From: Candidatus Parcubacteria bacterium
GTDB taxonomy: Bacteria; Patescibacteriota; Microgenomatia; UBA12405
Direction: 5' to 3'
Assembly: GCA_023396915.1 (NCBI GenBank)
Contig: JAEWUV010000007.1
Span: 18,077-82,076 of the forward strand
DNA: 64,000 nt
The position numbers and the translations under genes were made by a program. Position 1 is the first letter of the stretch. Every line of letters starts with the position of its first letter. Below are positions 1-9,785 of the stretch, one piece after another. The notes beneath the pieces were generated by a model. The model saw nothing but the letters and a program-made list of their open reading frames with translations, ran no database searches and was not told the DNA's origin.

Positions 1-1
1 A

Positions 2-394
2 TATAATCTCAATGATACCCACTTTGTTAACGTAGATGGTATTCATAGTGATGATCACTATTCCACCGTTTATGATTTATCACAATTAGGTCGTTTGGCT
101 ATAAAAAACCCCATCGTTCGTGACGTGGTTAAAAATCAAAATCTAACCATTACCGATGTTAGTGGCCAAATAAAACACGAGATAACCTCAACCAATGAAT
201 TACTTAGCACTACACCTGAAATTATCGGTCTCAAAACCGGCTGGACGCCGGAAGCAAAAGGTTGTTTTATTGGTTTAATAAGTCTTGGTGGACACGAAGT
301 AATCAGCGTTGTCGCCAATAGTGATGACCGTTTCCAAGACACCGAAACACTTTTAAACTGGCTCAAACAAAACGTTTTTTGGCAATCTAATTAG
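2..394 (+). CDS. D-alanyl-D-alanine carboxypeptidase (peptidase S11/PBP5-like), C-terminal part; 5' end lies outside the window
   Basis: Frame beginning at nt 2 is open to 394. Translation YNLNDTHFVNVDGIHSDDHYSTVYDLSQLGRLAIKNP...KTGWTPEAKGCFIGL matches the conserved C-terminal half of DacA-type carboxypeptidases (KTG triad). Confidence 0.7.
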   Translation, partial: YNLNDTHFVNVDGIHSDDHYSTVYDLSQLGRLAIKNPIVRDVVKNQNLTITDVSGQIKHEITSTNELLSTTPEIIGLKTGWTPEAKGCFIGLISLGGHEVISVVANSDDRFQDTETLLNWLKQNVFWQSN

Positions 395-1481
395 TAGCAG
401 ATGTCGCACTTTCAGTTGCTGTTTTTGGGGTAGGCGTCGCTTCTGGTTTTATATAGCCACTATTTACAGCCGGAATATAAGCCACAAAATTATTATCCCC
501 TTCAGCCACAAAAATTGGTTGTAGATAATTGGTTAAGTTTATAGGTTCAAAATAAGCCAAATAAATATTTCTGATAATTACATCTTTTGTTGTTACGTCT
601 TTAGCTATCCAATAATTTCCAGAATTTAAACTATCTACCACTTCTTGTCCGGTTTTTATTGGATAAGTTGAGTAGGAAGCTTTATTAACTCGCATATCTT
701 TAAAATTAACTCCAATTATTTTTTTCGCCTCCAATGTCGACCCTGAAACCAAAACAGACACTGAGGCCTGACCGAAATTATTAGAAAAGACACTCTTTTC
801 ATCTAATTTTTCCCTATAAAAATCCACTCTAGCGGCGTTAGCCTGTGATTGTGCTGATACTGACTTTAATCCGTCCCCTTCAATCTGCCAAAACGTTACC
901 ATTTTATCTCCATTTTTTAAGTCATCGGTATATTTCGATCCCTTGGTTAAAAAATTAGTCGCAATTGCTATTGCTTCACTTTTTGAAGGCATAGCATCCG
1001 GTTTTAACAACATTTGATCAGAAGTATATGGGTAGGTGATTGTAAAATCACCTGTTGTTACGTTGACCACTAAAGTTTTATTAGTTTTACTGTCGATAAA
1101 CTTATAAATTCCTGTTTCGGTTTCTACCGGTTCACTGGTAAAACCAAAAGCCGCTGCTGTTTGAATATCTTCCTGCAAAGCTAAAAATGTTGTGTTTGGG
1201 TTATATATTATATAGACTTTCGCTTGGTCGCTAAATTCTGGTACGGCGTCATTAGGTAACTCAAAAGTAAAATTTTTATTAGAGGCAATATCTCTTTCTG
1301 GAAAAACCAATCTGGGTAGTAACCCATACTTTACTGTTGGTGCTACATAAGGCGGATGAGCTGCCAAATATGCCTTGTAGGCCAACACCGACAAAGACCA
1401 TAATATCGAAATCGCTATTATTCCAATCCCGCCATATTTTATTAATCGCCGGCTCGTATAAGCAGTTTGTGTTAAAGACAT
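387..1481 (-). CDS. hypothetical protein with an N-terminal membrane anchor (no recognisable domain)
   Basis: 364-aa ORF. It has a single N-terminal hydrophobic helix (IGIIAISILWSLSVLAYKAYL), and the remainder is hydrophilic and probably extracytoplasmic. Confidence 0.5.
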   Translation of the reverse strand: MSLTQTAYTSRRLIKYGGIGIIAISILWSLSVLAYKAYLAAHPPYVAPTVKYGLLPRLVFPERDIASNKNFTFELPNDAVPEFSDQAKVYIIYNPNTTFLALQEDIQTAAAFGFTSEPVETETGIYKFIDSKTNKTLVVNVTTGDFTITYPYTSDQMLLKPDAMPSKSEAIAIATNFLTKGSKYTDDLKNGDKMVTFWQIEGDGLKSVSAQSQANAARVDFYREKLDEKSVFSNNFGQASVSVLVSGSTLEAKKIIGVNFKDMRVNKASYSTYPIKTGQEVVDSLNSGNYWIAKDVTTKDVIIRNIYLAYFEPINLTNYLQPIFVAEGDNNFVAYIPAVNSGYIKPEATPTPKTATESATSATN

Positions 1482-1515
1482 AAATTATTCTACACTAAAT
1501 GATAAAATAATAACC

Positions 1516-2946
1516 ATGGATCAGACAGAAAAAGTTGTGCGTACTCGTATTGCCCCTAGTCCCACCGGAGAATATCATATCGGCCATTTACGTACTTGTT
1601 TATACGATTACGCCTTGGCTAAAAAATATGGTGGCCAATTTATTATTCGCATAGAAGATACCGATCAAAAAAGATTTGTACAAGGAAGTATGGAGCGAAC
1701 CCTACAAGTTATCAAAGATTATGGTCTGACATGGGATGAAGGTCCAGATATTGGTGGTCCCCACACTCCCTATATCCAAACTCAAAGATTAGATATCTAT
1801 CAAAAATATACTAGGCAATTAATAGACAAAGGTTTGGCTTACTATTGTTTTTGCACCCAAGAAAGATTGGATAATCTTCGTGCCACCCAAAAATCTGCCG
1901 GTCAGGTTCCCAAATACGATCAGCATTGTCTTCATTTATCCAAAGAAGAGATTCAAAAAAACTTAGACAATAAAGTTCCTTATACCATTCGTATGGTTAT
2001 TCCCAAAAATGAAACCATAATTTTTGAAGATGTTATTAGGGGAAAAATAAAATTTAATACTAACGACGTTGACGATCAGGTTATCATCAAATCAAACGGT
2101 ATCCCGACTTATCATTTTGCCGCAGTTGTTGACGATCATCTAATGAATATCACTCATGTTTTACGTGGGGAAGAATGGTTAACTTCCACCCCAAAACATC
2201 TTTTGCTTTATAAGTATTTCGGCTGGGAACCACCAATTTTTGCCCATTTAACCGTCATTTTAAATCCAGATGGCAAAGGTAAACTCAGCAAACGTCATGG
2301 GGCTACTTCTGCCAGATCATTCCTAGACGACGGTTATTTGCCCGAAGCTATGCTTAATTTTCTCATGTTTCTTGGTTGGAATCCGGGTGATAACCGGGAA
2401 TTTTTTACTCTCGACGAATTCGTCAAAGAATTTAGTCTAGAACACCTTCACAAAAAATCTCCTGTTTTTGACAGAAAAAAATTAGATTACTTAAACGGTT
2501 ATTATCTTCGCCAAAAAAGTGATGAAGAATTATTTGTTCTATTTAAAAAATTCTTACCCCAAGCCAGTGATGACCAAATCAAAATTTTAATACCGGTATT
2601 AAAAGACAGAATTGTTAAATTGTCAGACTTACCGGATCAAACCAAATTTTTATTTGAAGATGTTGGTTACGACAAAGATTTATTACTTAAAAAGGGGACT
2701 GATCCTAAACTAGCCATTGAAATGCTTCAAAAAAGCAAAGAATTATTATCTGATTTCTCTGATTTGCAAAACAGAATTATGGATTTAATTCAAAAAAATA
2801 ATTGGAATATTGGTGAATTTTTTATGGTTTTTCGGGTCGCTATCTGTGGTTCTACTTTCACCCCACCGGTTGTTGACTGTCTCCCAGCTTTAGGTAAAGA
2901 GGCGACTTTACGTAAACTTGATAATGCCATCGCCAAATTGTCCTAA
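1516..2946 (+). CDS. gltX: glutamyl-tRNA synthetase
   Basis: Class I aaRS motifs: HIGH (PSPTGEYHIGHLRT) and KMSKS (KLSKRHG). Length 476 aa. Confidence 0.9.
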   Translation: MDQTEKVVRTRIAPSPTGEYHIGHLRTCLYDYALAKKYGGQFIIRIEDTDQKRFVQGSMERTLQVIKDYGLTWDEGPDIGGPHTPYIQTQRLDIYQKYTRQLIDKGLAYYCFCTQERLDNLRATQKSAGQVPKYDQHCLHLSKEEIQKNLDNKVPYTIRMVIPKNETIIFEDVIRGKIKFNTNDVDDQVIIKSNGIPTYHFAAVVDDHLMNITHVLRGEEWLTSTPKHLLLYKYFGWEPPIFAHLTVILNPDGKGKLSKRHGATSARSFLDDGYLPEAMLNFLMFLGWNPGDNREFFTLDEFVKEFSLEHLHKKSPVFDRKKLDYLNGYYLRQKSDEELFVLFKKFLPQASDDQIKILIPVLKDRIVKLSDLPDQTKFLFEDVGYDKDLLLKKGTDPKLAIEMLQKSKELLSDFSDLQNRIMDLIQKNNWNIGEFFMVFRVAICGSTFTPPVVDCLPALGKEATLRKLDNAIAKLS

Positions 2947-2965
2947 AAATTTATTACAATAATCT

Positions 2966-4165
2966 GTGACTTTTCTAATTTTTCTTTTTCTATGCCTAAT
3001 TTCCCCCAGCTCCATTTCCGCCGAATCATCTGTTCAAATTACTCAATATTCATCAAAAGGTTCTAATGAATGGATTGAAATTTTTAATAACTCTTCAGAC
3101 AGTATAAATTTATCAGGATGGTCCTTTAAAGATGCTGACACTAACCCTAAATCGCTTTCCGGTTGTATTTCTCCAAATTCTAATAAGATTTTTGATTACT
3201 ATCAATTTTTAAACGACAAAGAAGGAGAGACCCTTAGTTTGTACAACCAAAAAGGGGAACTCGTTCAGAATTATGGAAATCTTGAAATAATTCAAAAAGA
3301 TAAACCTACAGTAACTAGTACTTGTGAACTTTGTTCATATACTTATTCTGATTGGATAGCCTGTTCTTCATCTGGAACACAAACCAGAACTTATACTTCA
3401 TCTCCTGACAGTTGTTTTGGCACCCCTGAAATTACATCTCAATCATGTACTTACAATCCGCCTATCCCCACACCCTCGAAAGGAACTACCAGTCTAACTG
3501 AATTTATGCCTTATACCAGTTATGAATGGGCTGAAGTATATAACAGTGACGATAAAACTGTTGATTTGAGTGGTTGGAGCATCTACGACAATGAAGCAAA
3601 AATTATTGATATCGGGGGTACTATCCCAGCAAAAAGTTTTTTGAAAATAAGCTTATCCGGCGCTAGTCGTAAACTTGACGATACCGGCGATTCAATTATT
3701 TTAAAAAATAAAACTGGGGACATTATCACTCAATATACCTATCCTTCAGGTAAATATATAAATGCTGAAGTTAGTTGGTCATATATTTTTGGTAGCTGGT
3801 GTCAAGCTGATTACACACCCGGCTCTTCTAACGCCCAGAATTGTTATTCTTCTCCAACATCTCCCACCCCTACCCCAACCCCAACAACCACTATCACCCC
3901 TACCCCAACTCCTGATTCCACTAAATATATCGCCGACGAAGACGCCACTGCCTCGGCCATTATCGAGCCCAAAACGGAAGAGAGTTTCCTTAGTCCTACT
4001 TCTACCGAAGAACCAACTCCAACTACCACCGGCCTGATTTTAGGCGACACCGATTCATCTTCAAGTACTGCTAAAAAAAATTATTTCCCTTTAATCTTAA
4101 TTGTTAGCGGGGGACTGTTGTTAACATCGCCCGCTCTCATAAATAAATTAAAACCCAAAAAATGA
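2966..4165 (+). CDS. secreted, membrane-anchored protein with two lamin-tail-domain (LTD)-like repeats, a Cys-rich segment and a Pro/Thr-rich linker
   Basis: N-terminal signal peptide. Two copies of the LTD-like pattern (NEWIEIFNNSSDSINLSGWSFKD and YEWAEVYNSDDKTVDLSGWSIYD). A PTPTPTPTTTITPTPTP linker and a C-terminal hydrophobic helix with a KLKPKK tail. Confidence 0.6.
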   Translation: MTFLIFLFLCLISPSSISAESSVQITQYSSKGSNEWIEIFNNSSDSINLSGWSFKDADTNPKSLSGCISPNSNKIFDYYQFLNDKEGETLSLYNQKGELVQNYGNLEIIQKDKPTVTSTCELCSYTYSDWIACSSSGTQTRTYTSSPDSCFGTPEITSQSCTYNPPIPTPSKGTTSLTEFMPYTSYEWAEVYNSDDKTVDLSGWSIYDNEAKIIDIGGTIPAKSFLKISLSGASRKLDDTGDSIILKNKTGDIITQYTYPSGKYINAEVSWSYIFGSWCQADYTPGSSNAQNCYSSPTSPTPTPTPTTTITPTPTPDSTKYIADEDATASAIIEPKTEESFLSPTSTEEPTPTTTGLILGDTDSSSSTAKKNYFPLILIVSGGLLLTSPALINKLKPKK

Positions 4166-4536
4166 AAAAATATCTTCGATTTATTCCGGCCATAATTTGG
4201 ATGACAGTTATTTTTTATCTTTCTTCCCGTCAAACTACCGGTATTGGTGGAGATTCTTATTGGCTTAGATTTTTTATCCTAAAATCTTTTCACCTTATTG
4301 AATACGCCGTCCTTTTTATCCTAATTAACTTTGCCATTAATTCAAAAATTAAATCAGTAATTATTGCTTATTTTTATGGAATTACTGACGAAACCCATCA
4401 ATTGTTTACTGCAGGTCGAACAGCCAAATTTACTGATACTCTCATTGATCTTTTGGGTATTTTTATTGGATTATTTTTTTTAAAATTTATTTTTACCCCT
4501 ATTTTAAAAAAGTTAAAGTTGTCAAAAGGAAGATAA
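4162..4536 (+). CDS. VanZ-family membrane protein
   Basis: 4 TM segments and a VanZ-like core (GITDETHQLFTAGRTAKFTDTLIDLLG). The start overlaps the upstream stop (ATGA). Confidence 0.6.
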   Translation: MKKYLRFIPAIIWMTVIFYLSSRQTTGIGGDSYWLRFFILKSFHLIEYAVLFILINFAINSKIKSVIIAYFYGITDETHQLFTAGRTAKFTDTLIDLLGIFIGLFFLKFIFTPILKKLKLSKGR

Positions 4537-4554
4537 TTTGTCTATACTTTATTT

Positions 4555-5424
4555 GTGAAAAGTAATTTATCTCATCTTTTTGTCCCTCAGGAAAAAAATA
4601 ACTTTCGTGCCGGCATTCTCAAAAACGGATTTTTATTTATGCTGATGAGCCTTTATCTTCTCAACCATTCTCTTATTAAATCTTTTAGTTTAATTAAACC
4701 TGGAGTTTTGGGTTATTCATCTGAAATCACTGCTCAAAAAGTTTTTGACCAAACCAACCAGCAACGTACTAATCTAGGTTTAAGTTCTTTAAAATATAAT
4801 TCTTTACTTTCTGAATCTGCTACCAAAAAAGCCCAAGATATGTTTGCCAATAACTATTGGTCTCATACTTCGCCCAGTGGTACTACTCCCTGGGACTTTT
4901 TCAAATCTGTTGGTTATCAATATTCTCTTGCCGGCGAGAATTTAGCCCGTGACTTTTACGACACTGAGTCTCTTATAAAAGCTTGGATGAATTCTCCCAC
5001 TCACAAAGATAATATTATCAATTCAAAATACCAAGAAATTGGTATCGGAGTAGTTAATGGGACCTTAAATGGTATGAAGACTACCCTTGTAGTCCAACAT
5101 TTTGGAACACCAAGTACTGTCACCTCTAAAACAGAAACTAGCACAGATGTTGTCACTCCTTCACTTGACCAATCAAACATAGTTGTTGAATCAAATCCTA
5201 ATATTCTTGCCGAGTCTCAAGTTCAACCAATTAATCCTCTGACTCTAACCAAAATTTTTAGTTTTGTCTTTTTTGGACTTATTATTTCAGTCCTTTTTGT
5301 TGACGGTTATTTAACCCTCAAAAAAGGTATTCACCGAATGACAGGTTCTTCTGTTGCCCATATTGGCTTTCTGTTAGTTATCCTATTATTTATTGTTTAT
5401 CAACAACAAGGAGTGATTTATTAA
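4555..5424 (+). CDS. CAP/SCP/PR-1 (YkwD-like) domain protein with a C-terminal transmembrane region
   Basis: CAP-domain signature NYWSHTSPSGTTPWDF...GENLARDFYDTESLIKAWMNSPTHKDNI. The start is GTG at 4555, and an ATG at 4639 is an alternative. Confidence 0.65.
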   Translation: MKSNLSHLFVPQEKNNFRAGILKNGFLFMLMSLYLLNHSLIKSFSLIKPGVLGYSSEITAQKVFDQTNQQRTNLGLSSLKYNSLLSESATKKAQDMFANNYWSHTSPSGTTPWDFFKSVGYQYSLAGENLARDFYDTESLIKAWMNSPTHKDNIINSKYQEIGIGVVNGTLNGMKTTLVVQHFGTPSTVTSKTETSTDVVTPSLDQSNIVVESNPNILAESQVQPINPLTLTKIFSFVFFGLIISVLFVDGYLTLKKGIHRMTGSSVAHIGFLLVILLFIVYQQQGVIY

Positions 5425-5425
5425 A

Positions 5426-5686
5426 ATGATTATTCCAAAAGAAGTCCGTCAAAAACCGGCAGAATACATCGTGTTGGGACTTATTTTTCTATTCGCTTTA
5501 TTACTCTTTTTTGTTCTTCCACAACCGGACTCACGTCGCATTGTTGTTTATTGTACTGCTGGTGGCTATTTTTTATGGAGTTTAATCCATCACTATTTCA
5601 GGGGTGACCTGACCCTTTCAATTGTTGTTGAATATTTAGTTATGGCATTGTTTGGGGTAGCTTTACTTACTTTATCGTTTTTTTAA
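5426..5686 (+). CDS. small membrane protein (2-3 TM), unknown function
   Basis: 86-aa hydrophobic ORF. Its 3' end overlaps the convergent trmD stop by 20 nt. Confidence 0.4.
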   Translation: MIIPKEVRQKPAEYIVLGLIFLFALLLFFVLPQPDSRRIVVYCTAGGYFLWSLIHHYFRGDLTLSIVVEYLVMALFGVALLTLSFF

Positions 5687-6344
5687 TTTGCTCGGTTTGC
5701 CAGTCTTTTATTTTTTTTGGATCTCCCGATAATAAAACTTCCGGTACTTTTTTACCCATAAATTCCTGTGGTCTGGTGTACTGTGGATATTCAATCGTTC
5801 TTACTATTTCTCCTTCAATCAGCCTCTGGCTGAAACTTTCATTTTTATTAGAATCATCTTTACCCAATACTCCTGGCAACAACCTAGTAACTGAATCAAT
5901 TAGTACCATTGCCGGTAATTCTCCACCTGTTAATACATAGTCGCCTATCGATATTTCCTCATCTACCAGTAAATCACTAACTCTTTGATCAAAACCTTCA
6001 TAATGACCGGCCAGTAAAACTAAATGATCTAATTTTGACAATTCCTCTGCTTTTTTTTGATCAAATTTTTTACCTCTAGCCGACATCATAATTATCTTAA
6101 GTTTCTCTTTTTTATTCTTTAAAATTTCATCTAATGCCCTTTTAACTACATCAACCCTTATTAACATTCCAACATCTCCTCCATATGGTTTGTCGTCAAC
6201 CGATCCATAACTATCAATCGCCCAATCCCTTAAATTGTGCGTTTTTAATTCTAATTTTTTATTTTTTATTGCCCTTTTTATAATACTTTCATCAAAAGGG
6301 GACTCAAACATTTTTGGAAACAAAGTCACTACATCAATTTTCAT
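5667..6344 (-). CDS. trmD: tRNA (guanine37-N1)-methyltransferase
   Basis: MKIDVVTLFPKMFESPFDESIIKRA ... DDKPYGGDVGMLIRVD, the typical TrmD N-terminus and SPOUT core. Confidence 0.85.
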   Translation of the reverse strand: MKIDVVTLFPKMFESPFDESIIKRAIKNKKLELKTHNLRDWAIDSYGSVDDKPYGGDVGMLIRVDVVKRALDEILKNKKEKLKIIMMSARGKKFDQKKAEELSKLDHLVLLAGHYEGFDQRVSDLLVDEEISIGDYVLTGGELPAMVLIDSVTRLLPGVLGKDDSNKNESFSQRLIEGEIVRTIEYPQYTRPQEFMGKKVPEVLLSGDPKKIKDWQTEQIKKTIK

Positions 6345-6363
6345 GGCAATATTTTAACATTTT

Positions 6364-7575
6364 ATGTATACTCATCCTATGAAAGATAAAACAAACCCTC
6401 AAGTTGCTGTTATTGTTATTCCTACTTATAACGAGGCCGATAATATCGGCAAAATGATTGAATACCTTAACACTAAAACTTTCCCCTATATTACGGATAA
6501 AAAAGGTGGTCTAAAAGAAAATTGGCAAATGAAAATTTTAGTTGTTGATGGCAATTCTCCAGATGGAACTGGAAAAGTAGTCGAAAAATCCGCCAAAAAA
6601 TATAGTAATACTTACTTGTATACCGAAACCAGCAAAGACGGCATTGGCGCTGCTTATCTAAAAGGTTTTAAGTATGCCATGGAAAAATTGAAAGCTGATT
6701 TTGTTTTTGAATTTGACGGTGATTTTCAACATCCGCCAGAAACTATTCCAGTTATGTTAAAAGCTATGGAAGATGGCTACGACTATGTCATTGGTTCTCG
6801 TAAAATCAAAGGTGGTTCTAACCCCAAAGGTTGGGGTTTTAAAAGAGTATTTTTTAGTGAAGTTGGTGGTTTCGTTGCCCGTTTTGTTATGTTTTTCCCT
6901 TTTAAAAATTTCTTTAAGGTTACCGACCCAACTACAGGTTTAAAGGTTACTAGAGTCAAAGGTTTTGTTGATAAAATGAGTATGGATTATAGCCGTCTTT
7001 TGACTAAAAGTTTTGGCTATAAATTTCAACTCCTTTTTGAAACTCTTAAAATGGGTGCCAAATTCAAAGAAATTCCACTAGAATTTCATGTTCGCGACGC
7101 TGGTGAATCAAAAATTGAACCAAGCGCAGCCAAAGAGATGTTTCTAGTTGTTCTAAAACTTCGTTGGTTTGATGAATTTACTCAAAAATTCTTAAAGTTC
7201 GGCACTGTCGGCTTTGTCGGTTATTTGGTTAATGCTATCTTTTTAAATATTTTTTCCAAAACCTGGAATATTGAGTGGTTGTCTTGGTTACTATCTACCG
7301 AATTAGCTATTATTAGTAATTTTACTTTAAATAATATTTGGACATTTAAAAAAGATAAAATATCTGGGATATCAAAGACTTTATCTAAATTTTTCCAGTT
7401 CAATTTTACTTCAGCCGGAGCTTTATTAATTCAAACCATTGCTGGTTCGGTCGGTGTTGCGTTATTAGGTGCGAATTCACGCCAAATATTACTGCCATTT
7501 ATTATAGTTTTCTTGGTTCTTCCATATAACTGGTTTATGTACAACACCGTTATTTGGAAAAATAAAAAGAAATAA
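6364..7575 (+). CDS. GT2 polyprenyl-phosphate glycosyltransferase (DPM1/GtrB-like) fused to a C-terminal GtrA-like membrane domain
   Basis: VAVIVIPTYNEADNIGKMI...VVDGNSPDGTG is the GT2-A DXD-type N-terminus. The C-terminal 120 aa has 4 TM with a GtrA-like start (FLKFGTVGFVGYLVNAIFLNIF). Confidence 0.75.
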   Translation: MYTHPMKDKTNPQVAVIVIPTYNEADNIGKMIEYLNTKTFPYITDKKGGLKENWQMKILVVDGNSPDGTGKVVEKSAKKYSNTYLYTETSKDGIGAAYLKGFKYAMEKLKADFVFEFDGDFQHPPETIPVMLKAMEDGYDYVIGSRKIKGGSNPKGWGFKRVFFSEVGGFVARFVMFFPFKNFFKVTDPTTGLKVTRVKGFVDKMSMDYSRLLTKSFGYKFQLLFETLKMGAKFKEIPLEFHVRDAGESKIEPSAAKEMFLVVLKLRWFDEFTQKFLKFGTVGFVGYLVNAIFLNIFSKTWNIEWLSWLLSTELAIISNFTLNNIWTFKKDKISGISKTLSKFFQFNFTSAGALLIQTIAGSVGVALLGANSRQILLPFIIVFLVLPYNWFMYNTVIWKNKKK

Positions 7576-7618
7576 TGTGTTACTATTAGCTACTTACTAC
7601 TTACTAATTAACTAATTA

Positions 7619-8341
7619 ATGAAAGGTATTATTCTCGCTGGCGGCCGGGCCACTCGTCTTCGTCCTCTCACTTCTATTACTTCTAAACAGCTTCTTCCGG
7701 TCTATGATAAACCAATGATTTTTTATCCCATCGAAACTTTAATTAAAGCGGGAATAACCGACATTTTAATTATCATTGCTCCGGATTATTCTGGTCATTT
7801 TCTAAACCTTTTAGGTGACGGTCACGAATTTGGGGCTCATTTTAGTTATGCTGTCCAAAAAGAACCTCGTGGTTTAGCCGATGCTTTTATAATCGGTGCT
7901 GACTTTATTGATGGCGACAGTGTTACCATGATTCTTGGAGACAATATTTTCGATAAAGATTTTTCGCCTGAAATTAAAAACTTTAAAACCGGTGGTATGG
8001 TTTTTGCCAAAAAGGTCAACGATCCTCAACGTTTTGGTGTGGTTGAATTTGATCAAAACATGAAAGCCCTTTCTATTGAAGAGAAACCAGCTCATCCCAA
8101 AAGTGATTATGCCGTAGTTGGTTTATACACTTACGACAACCAAGTTGTCGATATCGCCAAAAACCTTAAACCATCAGACAGGGGAGAAATAGAAATTACT
8201 GACATTAATAGCACTTATCTCAAAAAAGGCCAATTGCAGGTTAACATTTTTGATTCTCTCTGGGAAGATGCCGGTACTTTTGACAGCCTTCTTCATGTTA
8301 GCAACATTATGGCCCAGAAAGCTAAACAGTCACAAGGCTAA
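7619..8341 (+). CDS. rmlA: glucose-1-phosphate thymidylyltransferase-like sugar nucleotidyltransferase (short form)
   Basis: [41 protein letters not shown]...ILGDNIF is the RmlA signature. 240 aa, shorter than canonical RmlA. Confidence 0.75.
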   Translation: MKGIILAGGRATRLRPLTSITSKQLLPVYDKPMIFYPIETLIKAGITDILIIIAPDYSGHFLNLLGDGHEFGAHFSYAVQKEPRGLADAFIIGADFIDGDSVTMILGDNIFDKDFSPEIKNFKTGGMVFAKKVNDPQRFGVVEFDQNMKALSIEEKPAHPKSDYAVVGLYTYDNQVVDIAKNLKPSDRGEIEITDINSTYLKKGQLQVNIFDSLWEDAGTFDSLLHVSNIMAQKAKQSQG

Positions 8342-9758
8342 TATCTGTCGTTGCTCCGGTTTCCATCCAATTACCTCCGTGCATAATTAACACATTGTCA
8401 CCCTTTGAAACAAAGCCTTTCGAAATTAATTTATCAATCAGTGGCATCGGTGTTCTAAAACAGGTTTTTTCAAATTTCTGCAAAAAAGATTTTACTCCAT
8501 AACTAATCAACAAACCCTTGATTGTATCTTTGCTATCAGTAACAGCTATCACCGGTAGATTTACTCGGTATTTAGAAAATATTCTAGCGGTAGTTCCTGT
8601 TTGGGTAAAAATAATTACCGCCCCGATTTTTAAATCTTTGTTTTTTTCAATTATTTTTACTGCCGCATCGACCAACACTTCAGTTGAGGTTTGTGGTTTT
8701 ATATTCAGCTTACAGTTAGTACCTGACTTTTCACAAAATTCAGCAATTTCCCTCATCTCTTTTATTACTCGAGGTGGATTAATTCCTATTGACGTTTCCT
8801 CCGACAACATCAAAGCATCTGTCCCGTCAAATACCGCGTTAGACACATCAGTCACTTCAGCCCTAGTTGGTTTATTATTCTCCACCATCGACAAAAGCAT
8901 TTGAGTTGCTACTATCACCGGCTTAGATTTTGTTCGGCAAAGATTAATTATTTTTTTTTGCCAAAAAGCTAATTCTTCCAGTGGAATTTCAATTCCCAAA
9001 TCTCCCCTTGCCACCATGATAACATCAGCCTTTTCTGTTATTTCTTCAATATTTCTAATTGCCCTAGCATTTTCTATTTTGGCTACTACCTTAACTTCAG
9101 GATCAATTTTTAATAACAACTTTTTTAATACCTCAATATCCTTTTTACTTCTTACAAAAGACAGGGCAATATAATCCGGGTTTATCTCAGCCAGTCTGGC
9201 TAAAGCCTCTTTATCTCTTTCTGCCAACATTGGCAAATCCAAATCATCCGAAATTACATTTAAACTTTTTCTATTTTTAATTACCAAATCGTCATCCGAT
9301 ATTACCTTAATTTTATTTCCCATCCTACCCAAAACCTTCAAATCATAATTTCCATTATCAATAAATATTTTTTCATCCTTTTTAATATATTTCACCACCA
9401 CTGCCGGGTCAACTTTAATCACTTTAGTATTATCGGTTAACTTATCACTTATCCAAAACACTTCACCATTTTTTATTTCCACTGGCAATCCATTTTTAGT
9501 CTCCAGTCTTATTTCCGGTCCTTGAAAATCCACCATTATTCCAATTGGTTTTTTAAGTCTTTTTGCCACCTTTCTTACCCTAAGAACTATTTTTTTATGC
9601 CAATCAAAATCATTATGTTTCAGATTAAAACGAAAAATATCCACCCCATTTTCAATCATTTTTTCTATGACTTCAGTCGATTTTGATGCCGGTCCAACAG
9701 TGGCAATTATCTTGGTTTTTTTATTCACTACAAAAATAATAACAGAAATTATCATCAT
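8322..9758 (-). CDS. pyk: pyruvate kinase
   Basis: [12 protein letters not shown]...NLKHN..., the PK barrel, and a C-terminal PK_C domain. The ORF track starts at TTG 9800 but that would overlap the divergent ksgA start. ATG 9758/9755 or a GTG just before [13 protein letters not shown] is more plausible. Confidence 0.85.
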   Translation of the reverse strand: MMIISVIIFVVNKKTKIIATVGPASKSTEVIEKMIENGVDIFRFNLKHNDFDWHKKIVLRVRKVAKRLKKPIGIMVDFQGPEIRLETKNGLPVEIKNGEVFWISDKLTDNTKVIKVDPAVVVKYIKKDEKIFIDNGNYDLKVLGRMGNKIKVISDDDLVIKNRKSLNVISDDLDLPMLAERDKEALARLAEINPDYIALSFVRSKKDIEVLKKLLLKIDPEVKVVAKIENARAIRNIEEITEKADVIMVARGDLGIEIPLEELAFWQKKIINLCRTKSKPVIVATQMLLSMVENNKPTRAEVTDVSNAVFDGTDALMLSEETSIGINPPRVIKEMREIAEFCEKSGTNCKLNIKPQTSTEVLVDAAVKIIEKNKDLKIGAVIIFTQTGTTARIFSKYRVNLPVIAVTDSKDTIKGLLISYGVKSFLQKFEKTCFRTPMPLIDKLISKGFVSKGDNVLIMHGGNWMETGATTDISLVTV

Positions 9759-9785
9759 CTGTGATATTATCTCTTTTGTAAAACC

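Noticed and set aside
1482-1515. T-box or other leader riboswitches upstream of gltX, lysS, serS and argS
   Set aside because: The upstream spacers are 30-60 nt, far too short for a T-box (~250 nt) or any known aaRS leader.
3840-3915. Short-period nucleotide repeat (cccacccctaccccaacccc...) examined as a possible CRISPR or tandem repeat
   Set aside because: It is in frame within a CDS encoding PTPTPTPTTTITPTPTP. It has no spacer-repeat architecture and no cas genes anywhere in the window.
3762-4050. Two ORFs (plus-strand 91 aa, minus-strand 68 aa) inside the LTD-protein gene
   Set aside because: They lie entirely within the Pro/Thr-rich linker-coding region of a well-supported gene. Their proline/leucine-rich or Gly/Val-rich compositions are what alternative frames of a PTPT repeat produce. 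They are spurious.
7576-7618. Short tandem motifs (tacttac x2, taattaac/taattaa) between the GT2 and rmlA-like genes
   Set aside because: Only two copies of 7-8 nt in an AT-rich spacer, well within chance expectation. No hairpin or promoter match.
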